A stretch of 64,000 nt of DNA from an uncultured Gemmatimonadaceae bacterium (GCA_963751275.1 CAVVTZ010000007.1:480001-544000); one strand, 5' to 3'. Counted from the stretch's first letter, positions 1-11,587 are shown. The notes: generated by a model from the sequence alone, not told the origin. Numbers and translations: made by a program.

Positions 1-2032
1 TGTGAATGCGGCCGCGCGCGAGGTCGAGCGGCTCTACGGCACGCTCGCCGATGCGCCGGTGCAGCACGCCGCCGGACCGGCCGAGCCGGAGCACGATGAT
101 CTGCGCTTCCGCGAGATGGCCGGCGACGTCGCGCAGACGCAACTCGTGATCGGCTGGCGCACGCCGGGCACGCTGCACGAGGACACGGTGCTGCTCGACC
201 TCGCCGCGACGATGCTCGGCGCCGGCCGCGCGTCGCGGCTCTATCGCGCGGTGCGCGAGCGGCGGCTCGTCGCTTCGATCGGCGCCTCGAACTACACGCC
301 CACGCAGCTCGGCGTGTTCACGATCCACGCCGAGGGGCCGCCGTCATCGGCCGCGGACGCCGCGGGCGAGGCGTGGGCGCAGCTCGCGGCGATGCGCGAC
401 GTGGGCGTGCACCCCGCGGAGCTCGAGCGCGCGCGGCGCGTGATCGAATCGCAGTGGCTTCGCCGGCTGGAGACCATGGAAGGGCAGGCCACGTATCTCG
501 CCGGCTGGGAAGCGCTCGGCGCGTGGACGCTGGGCGGTGCGTACTTCGCGGGACTGCTGGGCGCCGGCGCCGACCAGGTGACCGGCGCGATGCAACGGCA
601 TCTGACGAACGAACGCGCGGGCGTGGTGTTCTACCGGCCGCGGAACGCGCCGCCGGTGGCGGCCGACCTCGACGCGCTGCGCGCGATCTTCGACGGTGCG
701 CGCGCGCAACCCGTGGTGGCACCGGCGCCGGCGCCCGAGGCGCCCGCCCTGCGGCTCTCCCCCGCGTCGCTCGAGCGCGAGGAGGGCGGCGTGCGCGTCT
801 ACCGCACCGCGGCCGGCGTGCCGGTGCTCGTGAAGCGCCGCGCCGGCGCGCCGCTCGTCCACCTCGGTGTGTTCGCCGCGGGCGGCGCGAGCGACGAGAG
901 CGAGGAGGCGGCCGGCCTCACCACGCTCGTGGCGCGCACCGCGGTGAAAGGCACGTCACACCGCCGCGCCGAGCAGATCGCCGAGGAGGCCGAGTCGCTC
1001 GGCGGCAGCATCGGGGCGCACGTCGGCGCGGAGCAGCTGGGCTGGTCGATCTCCGTGCCATCGCATCGCGAGGACGCCGCCATGGCGCTGCTCGCCGACG
1101 TCGTGCTCAACGCGAACTTCCCGGCGGGCGCGCTCGAGACCGAACGCGCGGTGGCGATCGCCGATCTCGCGCTGATGCGCGACGACATGTATCGCTGGCC
1201 GATGCGGCTGCTCACCGCGGCGGCGTTCGCCGGTCATCCGTACGGCATCCCGTCGGGCGGCTATGAGCACACGCTGGCCGCGCTGGACGCGGGCCGGCTG
1301 CGCGCCTGGCACCGCGTGCGGGTGCTGTCCGGCGCGACGGCGATCGCGATCGTGGGCGACGTGGACCCGGACGATGCCGCGGCGCGCGCGGCGGCGTTGT
1401 TCACGGGACTGGCCGCGGGGAAGGGATCGACCGTCGACGCGCCGCTGTGGCCCGCGCGCCCGGTGATCGTGAGCGAAGAGCGCGACAAGGCGCAGACCGC
1501 GCTCGCGCTCGCCTTCCCCGCGCCCGACCGGCACGATGACGCGCAATGGGCGGCGGAGATGATCGCCGGGGTCGCGAGCGGACTGGGCGGACGGTTCTTC
1601 GAGGAGCTGCGCGGCAAGAAGTCGCTCGCCTACACCGTGCACGCGCACGCGAGCGAGCGCCGGCGCGCCGGCATGTTCGTGAGCTACATCGCGACGTCAC
1701 CCGCGCAGGAGGAGACGGCCCGCCGCGGGCTGATGCGCGAATTCGCGCGGCTGCGCGAAGCGGACGTGACGGAGCGCGAGCTGCGGCTGGCGCAGGAATA
1801 CGCGATCGGCACGCACGCGATCCGCCAGCAGAGCGGCGGCGCGGTGATGGGAGAGATGATCGACGCGTTCATGATGGGCGACGGACTGGCCGAGCTGGAC
1901 CAGCACGATGGGCGGGTTCGCGCGGTCACCGCCAAGGCGATGCGAGAGGTCGCCGCCAAGTACTTCGACGAGGGGCGGCTCGTGCAGGCGGTGATCCGGG
2001 GAAATGCGACGGCAGTCACTAGTACCGCTTGA
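1..2032 (+). CDS. M16 (pitrilysin-family) zinc peptidase, multi-domain, 5' end outside window
   Basis: Long ORF with M16 C-domain motifs (LGAGRASRLYRAVRE; LGGRFFEELRGKKSLAY; GHPYG); the HxxEH site is not in the visible part. Confidence 0.85.
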   Translation, partial: VNAAAREVERLYGTLADAPVQHAAGPAEPEHDDLRFREMAGDVAQTQLVIGWRTPGTLHEDTVLLDLAATMLGAGRASRLYRAVRERRLVASIGASNYTPTQLGVFTIHAEGPPSSAADAAGEAWAQLAAMRDVGVHPAELERARRVIESQWLRRLETMEGQATYLAGWEALGAWTLGGAYFAGLLGAGADQVTGAMQRHLTNERAGVVFYRPRNAPPVAADLDALRAIFDGARAQPVVAPAPAPEAPALRLSPASLEREEGGVRVYRTAAGVPVLVKRRAGAPLVHLGVFAAGGASDESEEAAGLTTLVARTAVKGTSHRRAEQIAEEAESLGGSIGAHVGAEQLGWSISVPSHREDAAMALLADVVLNANFPAGALETERAVAIADLALMRDDMYRWPMRLLTAAAFAGHPYGIPSGGYEHTLAALDAGRLRAWHRVRVLSGATAIAIVGDVDPDDAAARAAALFTGLAAGKGSTVDAPLWPARPVIVSEERDKAQTALALAFPAPDRHDDAQWAAEMIAGVASGLGGRFFEELRGKKSLAYTVHAHASERRRAGMFVSYIATSPAQEETARRGLMREFARLREADVTERELRLAQEYAIGTHAIRQQSGGAVMGEMIDAFMMGDGLAELDQHDGRVRAVTAKAMREVAAKYFDEGRLVQAVIRGNATAVTSTA

Positions 2033-2145
2033 GAAGCGCGTCTAGCAACTGAGCGTATAGTACGCCGAGGCGTGTGTCGGACTCGCTGCGTACGCAGGGA
2101 GTAGTACCATACGCTCGGTTGCCAGACGCGCCGTTCTCGGAAGCG
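2026..2145. repeat. Imperfect inverted repeat (about 35 bp arms) between convergent genes
   Basis: GAGAAGCGCGTCTAGCAACTGAGCGTATAGTAC (2031-2063) pairs with GTACCATACGCTCGGTTGCCAGACGCGCCGTTCTC (2104-2138), with 3 substitutions and a 2-nt bulge. Confidence 0.8.
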
Positions 2146-2155
2146 TGTGTTGCGA

Positions 2156-2527
2156 TTAGCCCCGAGGTCTGGCTTCGCTCCTGATCTGCCGAGGCGCGAG
2201 TCGCTTCGAGAATACATCAAGCGCTTTCCGCGCGTCGCGCGAGGCGGGGGCGAGGATGTCGAGGAGGAGCAGCTCGCGCTCCGGGAAGGAATGGAGCGCG
2301 ATGTGGCAGCCGTCGAGCAGGAGCACGCCGGCGACGTCGCCGCCGGGGAGCTGCTTGACCACCGGCGCGCCGATCGTTCCGTAGCCGGCCGCGCCCGCCG
2401 CCGCGATGAGCAGCCCGCCGAGCGCCGAGACATCGCGCAGCGCGTCGCCCGTGACGCCGATCAGATCGGCCGCGACATGGGTGAAGGCGGAGAGGGCGGG
2501 GGAGGGGGAGATCGAGGCGGTCGGCAT
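2156..2527 (-). CDS. S-adenosylmethionine decarboxylase (SpeD/SpeH class 1B)-like protein with divergent active site
   Basis: 123 aa; GVLLLDGCHIALHSFPE aligns to canonical GVVLLAESHISIHTWPE; C-terminal RG. Confidence 0.75.
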   Translation of the reverse strand: MPTASISPSPALSAFTHVAADLIGVTGDALRDVSALGGLLIAAAGAAGYGTIGAPVVKQLPGGDVAGVLLLDGCHIALHSFPERELLLLDILAPASRDARKALDVFSKRLAPRQIRSEARPRG

Positions 2528-2571
2528 TTCCTACTAAATGGGCCGAACGCGACTTCCGTAACAGCGGACAG

Positions 2572-2651
2572 CGACTGACGACTGACGACTGACGGCTGCG
2601 AACTGCTCGCGCCATGGCGGGCTTCAGTCGTCAGTCGTCAGTCGCCAGTCG
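2572..2651. repeat. Inverted pair of 4x heptamer tandem repeats (CGACTGA / TCAGTCG)
   Basis: CGACTGA x3 + CGGCTG at 2572-2598; CAGTCG TCAGTCG TCAGTCG CCAGTCG at 2625-2651. Confidence 0.9.
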
Positions 2652-2661
2652 ACCTACGCCG

Positions 2662-3126
2662 TTAGAACATGCTCATGGCCAGGAACGACTTCAGCGAGTC
2701 ATTCGTGCTGCGCAGCCGCATGGACAGCATCCGGATCACCGCCCATAGCACCTTCGTGCCGAGCTCCTTGTTGAACTCGAGGAGCATCTCGAATTCGGGG
2801 CGGGAGATCGTGAGCACCGTCACACCGCCGTCGGCGATGGCGTCGGTGGAGCGCTCGCTCTTGTCGAACACGGCCATCTCGCCGAAGAGCGAACCCTTCT
2901 TCAGCACCGCGAGCGCCTCTTCGCCGGCGCCGGGGATCTGGCGCGAGATGCGCACGGCGCCCTCCACGATGATGAACAGCCGGTTGCCCGGCTCGCCCTC
3001 GTGGAAGATGTACGCGCCCGATTCGTATTTCCGCTCCTCGCACAGTTCCGAGATGCGGCCAAGTTCCTCGGCGGTGAGGTCCTTGAAGATCGCGATCGTC
3101 TTGAGGATCTCGATGGTGGCGGACAT
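2662..3126 (-). CDS. Stand-alone cyclic-nucleotide-binding domain protein
   Basis: IFHEGEPGNRLFIIVEGAVRI, FGEMA, RSTDAIA; no HTH. Confidence 0.9.
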   Translation of the reverse strand: MSATIEILKTIAIFKDLTAEELGRISELCEERKYESGAYIFHEGEPGNRLFIIVEGAVRISRQIPGAGEEALAVLKKGSLFGEMAVFDKSERSTDAIADGGVTVLTISRPEFEMLLEFNKELGTKVLWAVIRMLSMRLRSTNDSLKSFLAMSMF

Positions 3127-3190
3127 GCCTTGAAATAGCGCCGCGCGGCCCGCGCTGGCAAGCGTGCGACCGCGCGCCTAGCTTTGGCGC

Positions 3191-3715
3191 GTGCCGCAGA
3201 ATCGCGTCTTCACCGTCCCGAACCTGCTGTCGTTCGCGCGGATCCCCCTCGCGGCGGCGTTCGTGGCGGTGCACGGCACCGGCGCGCGCCTCGCGCTCAT
3301 CAGCACGGCCGCGCTCACCGACCTGCTCGACGGCTGGCTCGCGCGGCAGGGAGCGAGCACCAGGGTTGGCGCCCTGCTCGATCCGATCGCGGACAAGACG
3401 TTCGTGCTGCTCGCGCTGTCGGCCTTCCTCTTCGACGGCACGCTGGGTACGCGCGACTATTTCATCATCATCTCGCGCGATCTCGCCACGGCGGTCGGAC
3501 TCCTCGTCGCGTACCGGCTGCCGGGTCTCGAAGTCACCGACTTCAAGGCCCGTCTGTCGGGCAAGGTGCTCACGACGCTCCAGATCGCTTCGCTCTTCGT
3601 GATCCTGCTGCGGCCCGCCTGGTTGGCGTGGTTCATCTGGGTGGTGGCGGCGTGTTCGGCATGGTCGATCGTGGACTACACGATGTACCTCGCGCGCGTA
3701 CGGCGAGTGGCGTGA
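3191..3715 (+). CDS. CDP-alcohol phosphatidyltransferase (PgsA-like)
   Basis: TVPNLLSFARI; DLLDGWLAR...GALLDPIADK signature. Confidence 0.9.
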   Translation: MPQNRVFTVPNLLSFARIPLAAAFVAVHGTGARLALISTAALTDLLDGWLARQGASTRVGALLDPIADKTFVLLALSAFLFDGTLGTRDYFIIISRDLATAVGLLVAYRLPGLEVTDFKARLSGKVLTTLQIASLFVILLRPAWLAWFIWVVAACSAWSIVDYTMYLARVRRVA

Positions 3716-3720
3716 GGCGG

Positions 3721-4218
3721 GTGAAACGGGCGACGGAGATTCGCCATCGGTACTTCTGGCTCGTCGCAGCGGCGATGCTCGCCATCTCTGCGTCGGCGGA
3801 TGCCCAGAGCGACCATTCCATCCAGTGGGAAGGGCGCGCGGATCTCTTCCTCGCGTCGAGCACCACCGTGCAGGGTGGAGCGGCCGCGGCATTCTATGTC
3901 GACCGGAATGTCCGGCTCCTCGTGCTCGGGGGTGCGGGGAGCACATTCGAGAGCGGCGTCGGGCAATTCAGCGCGCGGCTCGATCTGCTCGGGCGCTATG
4001 TGCTCGACCCGGAGCGCACCGAGAAATGGGCGCTCTACGGCACCGGCGGCCTGAGCCTGCGCTATGACGCCGCGCCTTACTGGCGCGGGGCGCTGGTCGT
4101 GCTCGCGGGGCTCGAAGGTCCCAAGTGGGGATCGTGGACGCCCTTCATTGAGGCCGGCTACGGCGGCGGTGTGCAGATCGGCTTCGGCCTCCGGCGCGCG
4201 AGGCTGCACGGGCGGTAG
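3721..4218 (+). CDS. Hypothetical exported protein, probable small beta-barrel
   Basis: Signal peptide-like N-terminus, alternating beta strands, PFIEAGYGGGVQIGFGLR; start approximate. Confidence 0.55.
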   Translation: MKRATEIRHRYFWLVAAAMLAISASADAQSDHSIQWEGRADLFLASSTTVQGGAAAAFYVDRNVRLLVLGGAGSTFESGVGQFSARLDLLGRYVLDPERTEKWALYGTGGLSLRYDAAPYWRGALVVLAGLEGPKWGSWTPFIEAGYGGGVQIGFGLRRARLHGR

Positions 4219-4260
4219 CGCCTGGATTGGAAGAATCCAATCCTCGCATCAGAGTGTCTC

Positions 4261-5181
4261 TTGCCGGCGCGAGCGAGGGTGCATAGCGTCGACCGGGTCG
4301 TCGCCCCGCTCAGATCGTTCCCCATCGCTGGAGCGCCGCTCGTGACGCTCGCCATTGCGCTCGCCATTGCGCTCGTCATCTCGGGAGTCATGGCTGGCGC
4401 TCCGGTCGCGCCGCATGCGGCGAACCGTTCGTCGGATGATATGTGTACCGCGCCGCCGGCGGACGCGACCGACTGGACGCCTATCGAGGTCAATGGCGTC
4501 ACGATGCAGATCCCGGCGAACTTCGTGATCTCGTCCACCGCAAGTTACCAACGAATGTATACGAAGGACAAAGCGAGCGTCCAGCTGTGGGTCGGTCATG
4601 CAATGCCGCACCAGCCGAATACCTACGGCTTGACGACGTGCCACATTGTGCTTGGCGGTCGGCCCGCCACGATCACGCTCTCCAAGGGCGTCGGGAGTGT
4701 CAGGCTGCGCGCGGAATGGCCCGCCACGGATGGGATCGGCATCGTGGACGTTATCATCATCGCCCAGTTCGAGGCCGAGCTGTTCGCGCTCCGCTCAATG
4801 CTGTGGACGGTCCACTTCCCGAGTTACGCAGCCGCCAAGTCCATCGATCCGCGGTGCGCGAAGACGCCAGGCGCGCCGCCGAAAATCGGCACTGTGCTCG
4901 ACACGGGCGTCGTGAGCATGCTGGCCAGCGGCGCCACGCCCCCGCTCCCCACCGGTAGCGCGGTCTTCGAATTCAGCTTCGACTCCACGGGCGCGATGGC
5001 TTCGCTCAACATCACCGCGGCGAGCATCCCCGACTCCGCCGTGCGCCGGCTCGCGATGATCGTCGGCTCGAACGTGAAGGACCAACCGCCGGGCGCGAAG
5101 CGTGTCGCCGTCCGTGTCGAGATCGCCGCGGCCGGGTTGTCCTACTCGGCGGCGCCCGTTTCCGCGTGCGGCCCGCGCTGA
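4261..5181 (+). CDS. Hypothetical membrane-anchored/exported protein
   Basis: 306-aa ORF with N-terminal hydrophobic helix; no family recognised; start uncertain. Confidence 0.5.
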   Translation: MPARARVHSVDRVVAPLRSFPIAGAPLVTLAIALAIALVISGVMAGAPVAPHAANRSSDDMCTAPPADATDWTPIEVNGVTMQIPANFVISSTASYQRMYTKDKASVQLWVGHAMPHQPNTYGLTTCHIVLGGRPATITLSKGVGSVRLRAEWPATDGIGIVDVIIIAQFEAELFALRSMLWTVHFPSYAAAKSIDPRCAKTPGAPPKIGTVLDTGVVSMLASGATPPLPTGSAVFEFSFDSTGAMASLNITAASIPDSAVRRLAMIVGSNVKDQPPGAKRVAVRVEIAAAGLSYSAAPVSACGPR

Positions 5182-5185
5182 TCCG

Positions 5186-6007
5186 CTACGGCGTCTTGTC
5201 CACGAGCAGCGGACGTCCGCCCAGCGGCTGCACCGGACGGTAGTTGTCGCCGATGATGTGCATGAAGTCGAGCATCTGTCCCTGCGACATCGCCACCGAG
5301 TCCTTCATCACGCTCCAGAGGACGCCCTCGGTGCACGGCGGCGTCGTGAGCGAGCCATCGTAGCGGTACGCCGCGTGGCTGGCGGGCAGGAAGAGGTTCG
5401 CGTTGGTCTGCGCATCGAGGTGCTGCACGGGGCCCGGCGACTTCGGCATGTTCTCCCACACCGTCGCGAAGGCCGCGTTGTCGGCGTCCTTGTGATAGAG
5501 GATCACCGCCACGACCGCGAGATGCCCATCGGCGCTCTGGTGCACGAGGTGCAGTTCGCCATCGCGCAGCTTGCCCTTGGTCTTGTGCTCGCCCGGCATG
5601 TGGAAATGGAATTGCACCAGGTCGTACCGCACGCCGACGATCGAGATGTAGCTGCCCGAATCGTAGTTCACCTGGATCGTGTGCGCGTTGTTGATGATGC
5701 TGATCTTGCTCGGCAGGTAGTGAAACTCGATCGGGTCCATGTCGACCGCCTTCGCAATGCTGTCGTTCAGGTTGATCGGCGACTGGTTGTTGCTGTCGCT
5801 GCAGAGCGCGTAGGCGGGGTCGAGTTGCGCCCAATGCTTCGGTCCACGCGGCCCCGCGTAGCTCCAGGGCGCGTGGGAACTGTGGGACGCCACGGATTCG
5901 TCGGTGGCGACGTTGTGTCCGCAGGCGCCGGCGACGCCGAGCGTCGAGAGGATGGCGACGGCCGCGGCGAGGGCGCGCGGGAGGCGGATCGAAGTCTGGC
6001 CGGTCAT
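5186..6007 (-). CDS. Alpha-class carbonic anhydrase (exported/lipoprotein)
   Basis: WSYAG..GPKHW, QSPIN, QFHFH..EH, ELHLVH, YDGSLTTPPCTEGV. Confidence 0.95.
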   Translation of the reverse strand: MTGQTSIRLPRALAAAVAILSTLGVAGACGHNVATDESVASHSSHAPWSYAGPRGPKHWAQLDPAYALCSDSNNQSPINLNDSIAKAVDMDPIEFHYLPSKISIINNAHTIQVNYDSGSYISIVGVRYDLVQFHFHMPGEHKTKGKLRDGELHLVHQSADGHLAVVAVILYHKDADNAAFATVWENMPKSPGPVQHLDAQTNANLFLPASHAAYRYDGSLTTPPCTEGVLWSVMKDSVAMSQGQMLDFMHIIGDNYRPVQPLGGRPLLVDKTP

Positions 6008-6165
6008 GGGATCTCCAAGCGCGTTGATGTGCACGGCGCTGAAGCTAGCGCCCCGCCCCCCGGATGCACAAAGCCCCCGCCAAGGAGGCGGAGGCTTCAC
6101 TCAGGTCCAACGTCCAATCACTGTCGTTCGCCGTACTAGACGCCATACGCCAAACACGCAGTTGC

Positions 6166-6444
6166 TTATGCCGCGACCGTATCCGCCGGCTCATCCGGCA
6201 CGCGGGCCTTGGGTGGCTGGCAGAAGCGGATGCCGAGCGTCTTGAGTTCGGTGACATCACGGGGCTGGAGCTCGTGGTACCGGTCCGCGAGGTACGACAT
6301 GGTCTCGTCCAGCCACTCTATCTGGTGCTCCGGCGACGACTGCAGCACGCCGCACTGGATGATCTGTTGGAACATCTCGTCGCGCGCCTGCTCGAAGGGC
6401 GTGTTCACGCTCTTTTCGCGCTGGCGATTTCTATCCTTGGCCAT
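6166..6444 (-). CDS. Hypothetical protein
   Basis: 92-aa ORF with a GGGAGA-like RBS and normal composition. Confidence 0.6.
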   Translation of the reverse strand: MAKDRNRQREKSVNTPFEQARDEMFQQIIQCGVLQSSPEHQIEWLDETMSYLADRYHELQPRDVTELKTLGIRFCQPPKARVPDEPADTVAA

Positions 6445-6550
6445 TCTCCCTGCACGGTATGAGGACCCATGAATCTAATGGGTGGCGCCGGTGAGTTGTA
6501 GTGCGGGCGGCGAATTGCCGGGGGCTGGCGCAGACCCTAGCTTTCACCGA

Positions 6551-6865
6551 ATGACGGAGCCGGAAGAGACCTACGGCGACGGCCGCGCGCGGGCGCTCCA
6601 GGCCCTGCTGCGGGCGTTGGCGGCGCGGATCGTCGAGCTCGATGCGCGCGGCGAGCTGCTGGAGAACGCCGGGCTGCTGATGAAGCTGATCGGCGACATC
6701 CGGAGTGAGCTCTTTCACTACGAAGTGCGCGCGACCTACGACACGCCGGAAGTGGCGGACAGCCGCCGCATCGTGAGCGAGAGCAAGGCCAACGAACCAC
6801 ACTGGGAGCCGACCACATGGCAGCCGGACGAGACGCGGGAAAGAGAAAGCGACCGGGAGTGGTGA
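6551..6865 (+). CDS. Hypothetical protein upstream of dsbA
   Basis: ORF whose stop overlaps the dsbA start (GTGA). Confidence 0.6.
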   Translation: MTEPEETYGDGRARALQALLRALAARIVELDARGELLENAGLLMKLIGDIRSELFHYEVRATYDTPEVADSRRIVSESKANEPHWEPTTWQPDETRERESDREW

Positions 6866-7581
6866 AGAAGAAGAAGCCGGCGAAGAGTTCGCGCGGCTTC
6901 TATCTCCTGCTCGCGATCATCTTCATCGGCGGCGGCGTGTGGCTCGCCACGCTCGCTTCGCGTCCCAAGGCCGCGCCGGTGCAGGAAGTGGACGTCACCG
7001 CCGCCGCCGCGGAGGGGTATCTCGCCGGGAACCCGAACGCGCCCGTGCAGGTGCTGGAGTTCGCCGACTACGAATGCCCCGCCTGCGGGCAGTTCTCGCT
7101 CGTCACCGAGCCCGACGTGCGCCGCCGCCTGATCCAGGCCGGGCTCGTGAGTTACCGCTTCTACGATTTCCCGCTGCCGCAGCACCGGAATTCGCTGCAA
7201 GCCTCGATCGCCGCCGCCTGCGCCGACGACCAGAAGAAGTTCTGGCAGATGCACGACGCGCTCTTCTTCAACCAGCCGGAATGGTCCACCGAGGCCACGA
7301 CGAATCCCGGCAAGTTCTTCCTCGAATACGCCAAGCAGATCGGACTGAACACGGATGACTGGAAGAAGTGCTTCGATGCGCAGCAGCACCTGACGCGCAT
7401 CTACGGAAACCGGAAGGAAGGCGACCGGGTCGGCGTTTCGTTCACGCCGACGTTCGTCATTGGCCGCAAGAAGGTCTCGGGGGCGATCGGGTACGATGAA
7501 TTCAAGGCGTTGGTCGACAGCGCGGCGGCGCAGCCGCCTGCACCGGCGCCCGGTGGCCCGAAGACCACGAAGAAGCCGTGA
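6862..7581 (+). CDS. DsbA-family thiol-disulfide oxidoreductase, membrane anchored
   Basis: EFADYECPAC, DFPL, GVSFTPTFVIG; N-terminal TM helix. Confidence 0.9.
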   Translation: MKKKKPAKSSRGFYLLLAIIFIGGGVWLATLASRPKAAPVQEVDVTAAAAEGYLAGNPNAPVQVLEFADYECPACGQFSLVTEPDVRRRLIQAGLVSYRFYDFPLPQHRNSLQASIAAACADDQKKFWQMHDALFFNQPEWSTEATTNPGKFFLEYAKQIGLNTDDWKKCFDAQQHLTRIYGNRKEGDRVGVSFTPTFVIGRKKVSGAIGYDEFKALVDSAAAQPPAPAPGGPKTTKKP

Positions 7582-8012
7582 GGCCGCGGCAGGTCATCGC
7601 CGTCCTCGCGCTCGCGGGGGCCTTCGTCGCGCTCTATCTGACGCTCTACAAAGTGGGCATCATCGGCGAACTGTCGTGCTCGGTTGGCGAGTGCGAGACG
7701 GTGAACACCAGCCGCTGGGCCACCTTCCTCCACGTCCCCGTTGCCGGTTGGGGACTCGCGACCTACGTGGTGATCTTCGCCCTCGCGGCCTTCGGCCTCT
7801 CTGCGCGCGGCGACGGGTCGCTCAAGATCTCGTGGGCCCTCGTCGCGGTCACCGGGTGGAGCGTGCTCTTCTCCGGATGGCTCACGTACCTCGAATTGTT
7901 CGTGATCCACGCGATCTGCATCTGGTGCGTGACGTCGGCGTGCATCATGGTCGCGATATTCATCGCATCGCTGGTCGATCTCCGTGCGACGGTGGCCGGC
8001 ATCGACGAGTGA
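7578..8012 (+). CDS. Vitamin K epoxide reductase (VKOR) family protein
   Basis: CSVGEC loop cysteines, CIWC motif, 4 TM helices; coupled to dsbA. Confidence 0.92.
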   Translation: MRPRQVIAVLALAGAFVALYLTLYKVGIIGELSCSVGECETVNTSRWATFLHVPVAGWGLATYVVIFALAAFGLSARGDGSLKISWALVAVTGWSVLFSGWLTYLELFVIHAICIWCVTSACIMVAIFIASLVDLRATVAGIDE

Positions 8013-8017
8013 TCGCG

Positions 8018-8152
8018 GCAACGACAGCAAACTGCTTTTGACAGGATTACAGGATTACGGGATAACTGCTGATGACCGCTTGAGGCGGCCGCGCCTCAAG
8101 CGGTCATCAGCAGTTATCCCGTAATCCTGTCAAAGCAGTTTGTTGTCGTTGC
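8018..8152. repeat. Foldback palindromic element, copy A
   Basis: Arms GCAACGACAGCAAACTGCTTTTGACAGGATT..GATAACTGCTGATGACCGCTTGAGGCG and its reverse complement; 4-nt loop; left arm has one extra ACAGGATT unit. Confidence 0.95.
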
Positions 8153-8169
8153 TCTAACTCGACCTCGCG

Positions 8170-10141
<1,972 letters not shown>

Positions 10142-10188
10142 GTTTGGGATTCTATTGGCCTTGTCAGTGCATCGCTAGTTCGCGGTAG

Positions 10189-10315
10189 CAAACTGCTTTT
10201 GACAGGATGACAGGATTGCACAGGATAACTGCTGATGAACGACTTGAGGCGGCCGCCTCAAGTCGTTCATCAGCAGTTATCCTGTGCAATCCTGTCATCC
10301 TGTCAAAGCAGTTTG
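10189..10315. repeat. Foldback palindromic element, copy B
   Basis: CAAACTGCTTTTGACAGGATGACAGGATTGCACAGGATAACTGCTGATGAACGACTTGAGGCGG|CCGCCTCAAG...; no loop, one bulged T. Confidence 0.95.
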
Positions 10316-10331
10316 TTCTCGTTCTCTCCCT

Positions 10332-11447
10332 TCAGCGAGTCTTGAATCGCCGATAGTAGGCCCACTGGAGCCATCGTCGCGCGGAGACATACATCGGCCG
10401 CTCGTCGATGCGCGTGTCGCGCAGGATCGCGCTCTTCTTCGCGCCGAGCGACATCCCATACCAGAAATCGGTTCGCAGACGGTGCGCTGGTCCGGAGCCC
10501 GGCGCGTATCGGCCGCTGATGCGGCGCGCGAGCGTGGCGCCCTGCCAGATCGCCTCGATCGCGCGGCGCATCGTGGGCCACGACTGGCCGTCGTCCACGA
10601 TCTGCGCGGCATCGCCGATCGCGTGCAGGCCTTCGCAGCCGTTCACCTCGAGGCGCGGTGTCACGACAATGCGCCCGTCCTCGCCCAGTGGCGCGCCGAA
10701 CGCGGCGAGCACCGGGTTCGCGCGCACGCCGCCGGCCCAGAGCAGCACATCCCCGGGGAAGGCGGCGCCGTCGGCGAGCAACGCGCGGTCGCCCGCGAAG
10801 CCGGCCACGCGACGGCCGAACACCATCTCCACCCCCACGGCCGCCAGCGCGCGGCTCGCACGACGCGCGACGCTCGGCGCGAATCCCGGCAGGAGCTGCG
10901 GCTCGACGCCGATGAGCGTCACCGCAATGCGCGTCCCCTCCACGCGCGCGCTCGCCAATTCCGCGCTCCACTCCACGGCCGTGAGTCCGCCACCGGCCAC
11001 GACGACGCGCATCATGCGCGCTCCCGTCGCGCGCAGCACGTGCAGGCGCTGGTTCAACGTCACCGCATCGGGGACCCATTTCGCCGGGATCACGCCGGCC
11101 TTCCCCTCGAGATCCGGCGGCACCGCCGGCACCGAACCCACGGCCACGATGCACCGGTCGTACGCGAGCACGCGCCCATTCTCCAGTGTGACGGTCTTCG
11201 CGGCGGGGTCCACCGATTTCGCGCCGCTCATCACCCACTCGGCGCCGAGCGCGGTGACGAAGGCCGGCGTCTCGAAGGTCAGCTCGTCGGACGAGCGCGT
11301 GCCGCTCGCGACCTCGTGCGCGAGCGGCACGTACGAATGGCGCGCACGCGGGTCCACCACCGTCACTTCGCCCGGCGCGAACATGCCGGTGCGCCGCGAA
11401 TACCGCAGCAGGAACTCCAGTCCGGCGAAGGAGCAGCCGAGGAGCAC
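10332..11447 (-). CDS. NAD(P)/FAD-dependent oxidoreductase, type II NADH dehydrogenase-like
   Basis: RIVLLGCSFAG, YDRCIVAVGS, VVAGGGLTAVE, LLWAGGV, AIGDAA; true start probably slightly upstream (about 11483). Confidence 0.8.
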   Translation of the reverse strand: MLLGCSFAGLEFLLRYSRRTGMFAPGEVTVVDPRARHSYVPLAHEVASGTRSSDELTFETPAFVTALGAEWVMSGAKSVDPAAKTVTLENGRVLAYDRCIVAVGSVPAVPPDLEGKAGVIPAKWVPDAVTLNQRLHVLRATGARMMRVVVAGGGLTAVEWSAELASARVEGTRIAVTLIGVEPQLLPGFAPSVARRASRALAAVGVEMVFGRRVAGFAGDRALLADGAAFPGDVLLWAGGVRANPVLAAFGAPLGEDGRIVVTPRLEVNGCEGLHAIGDAAQIVDDGQSWPTMRRAIEAIWQGATLARRISGRYAPGSGPAHRLRTDFWYGMSLGAKKSAILRDTRIDERPMYVSARRWLQWAYYRRFKTR

Positions 11448-11587
11448 GATGCGCGGCCGGGCGGCGGATTGCGACGGGGTCAGCGGTGTTCCAGGCGTTG
11501 GGGACGGGAGGATGATACGCGCCGCGCGGCTGTCAGGCGAGCGCGGAGCCGAGTAGAATTCGATTGCCCCCTTCGCGCGAGGCGCGC

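Noticed and set aside
4224..4243. Short inverted repeat GGATTGGA-AGAA-TCCAATCC
   Set aside because: Too short to assign as an operator or terminator
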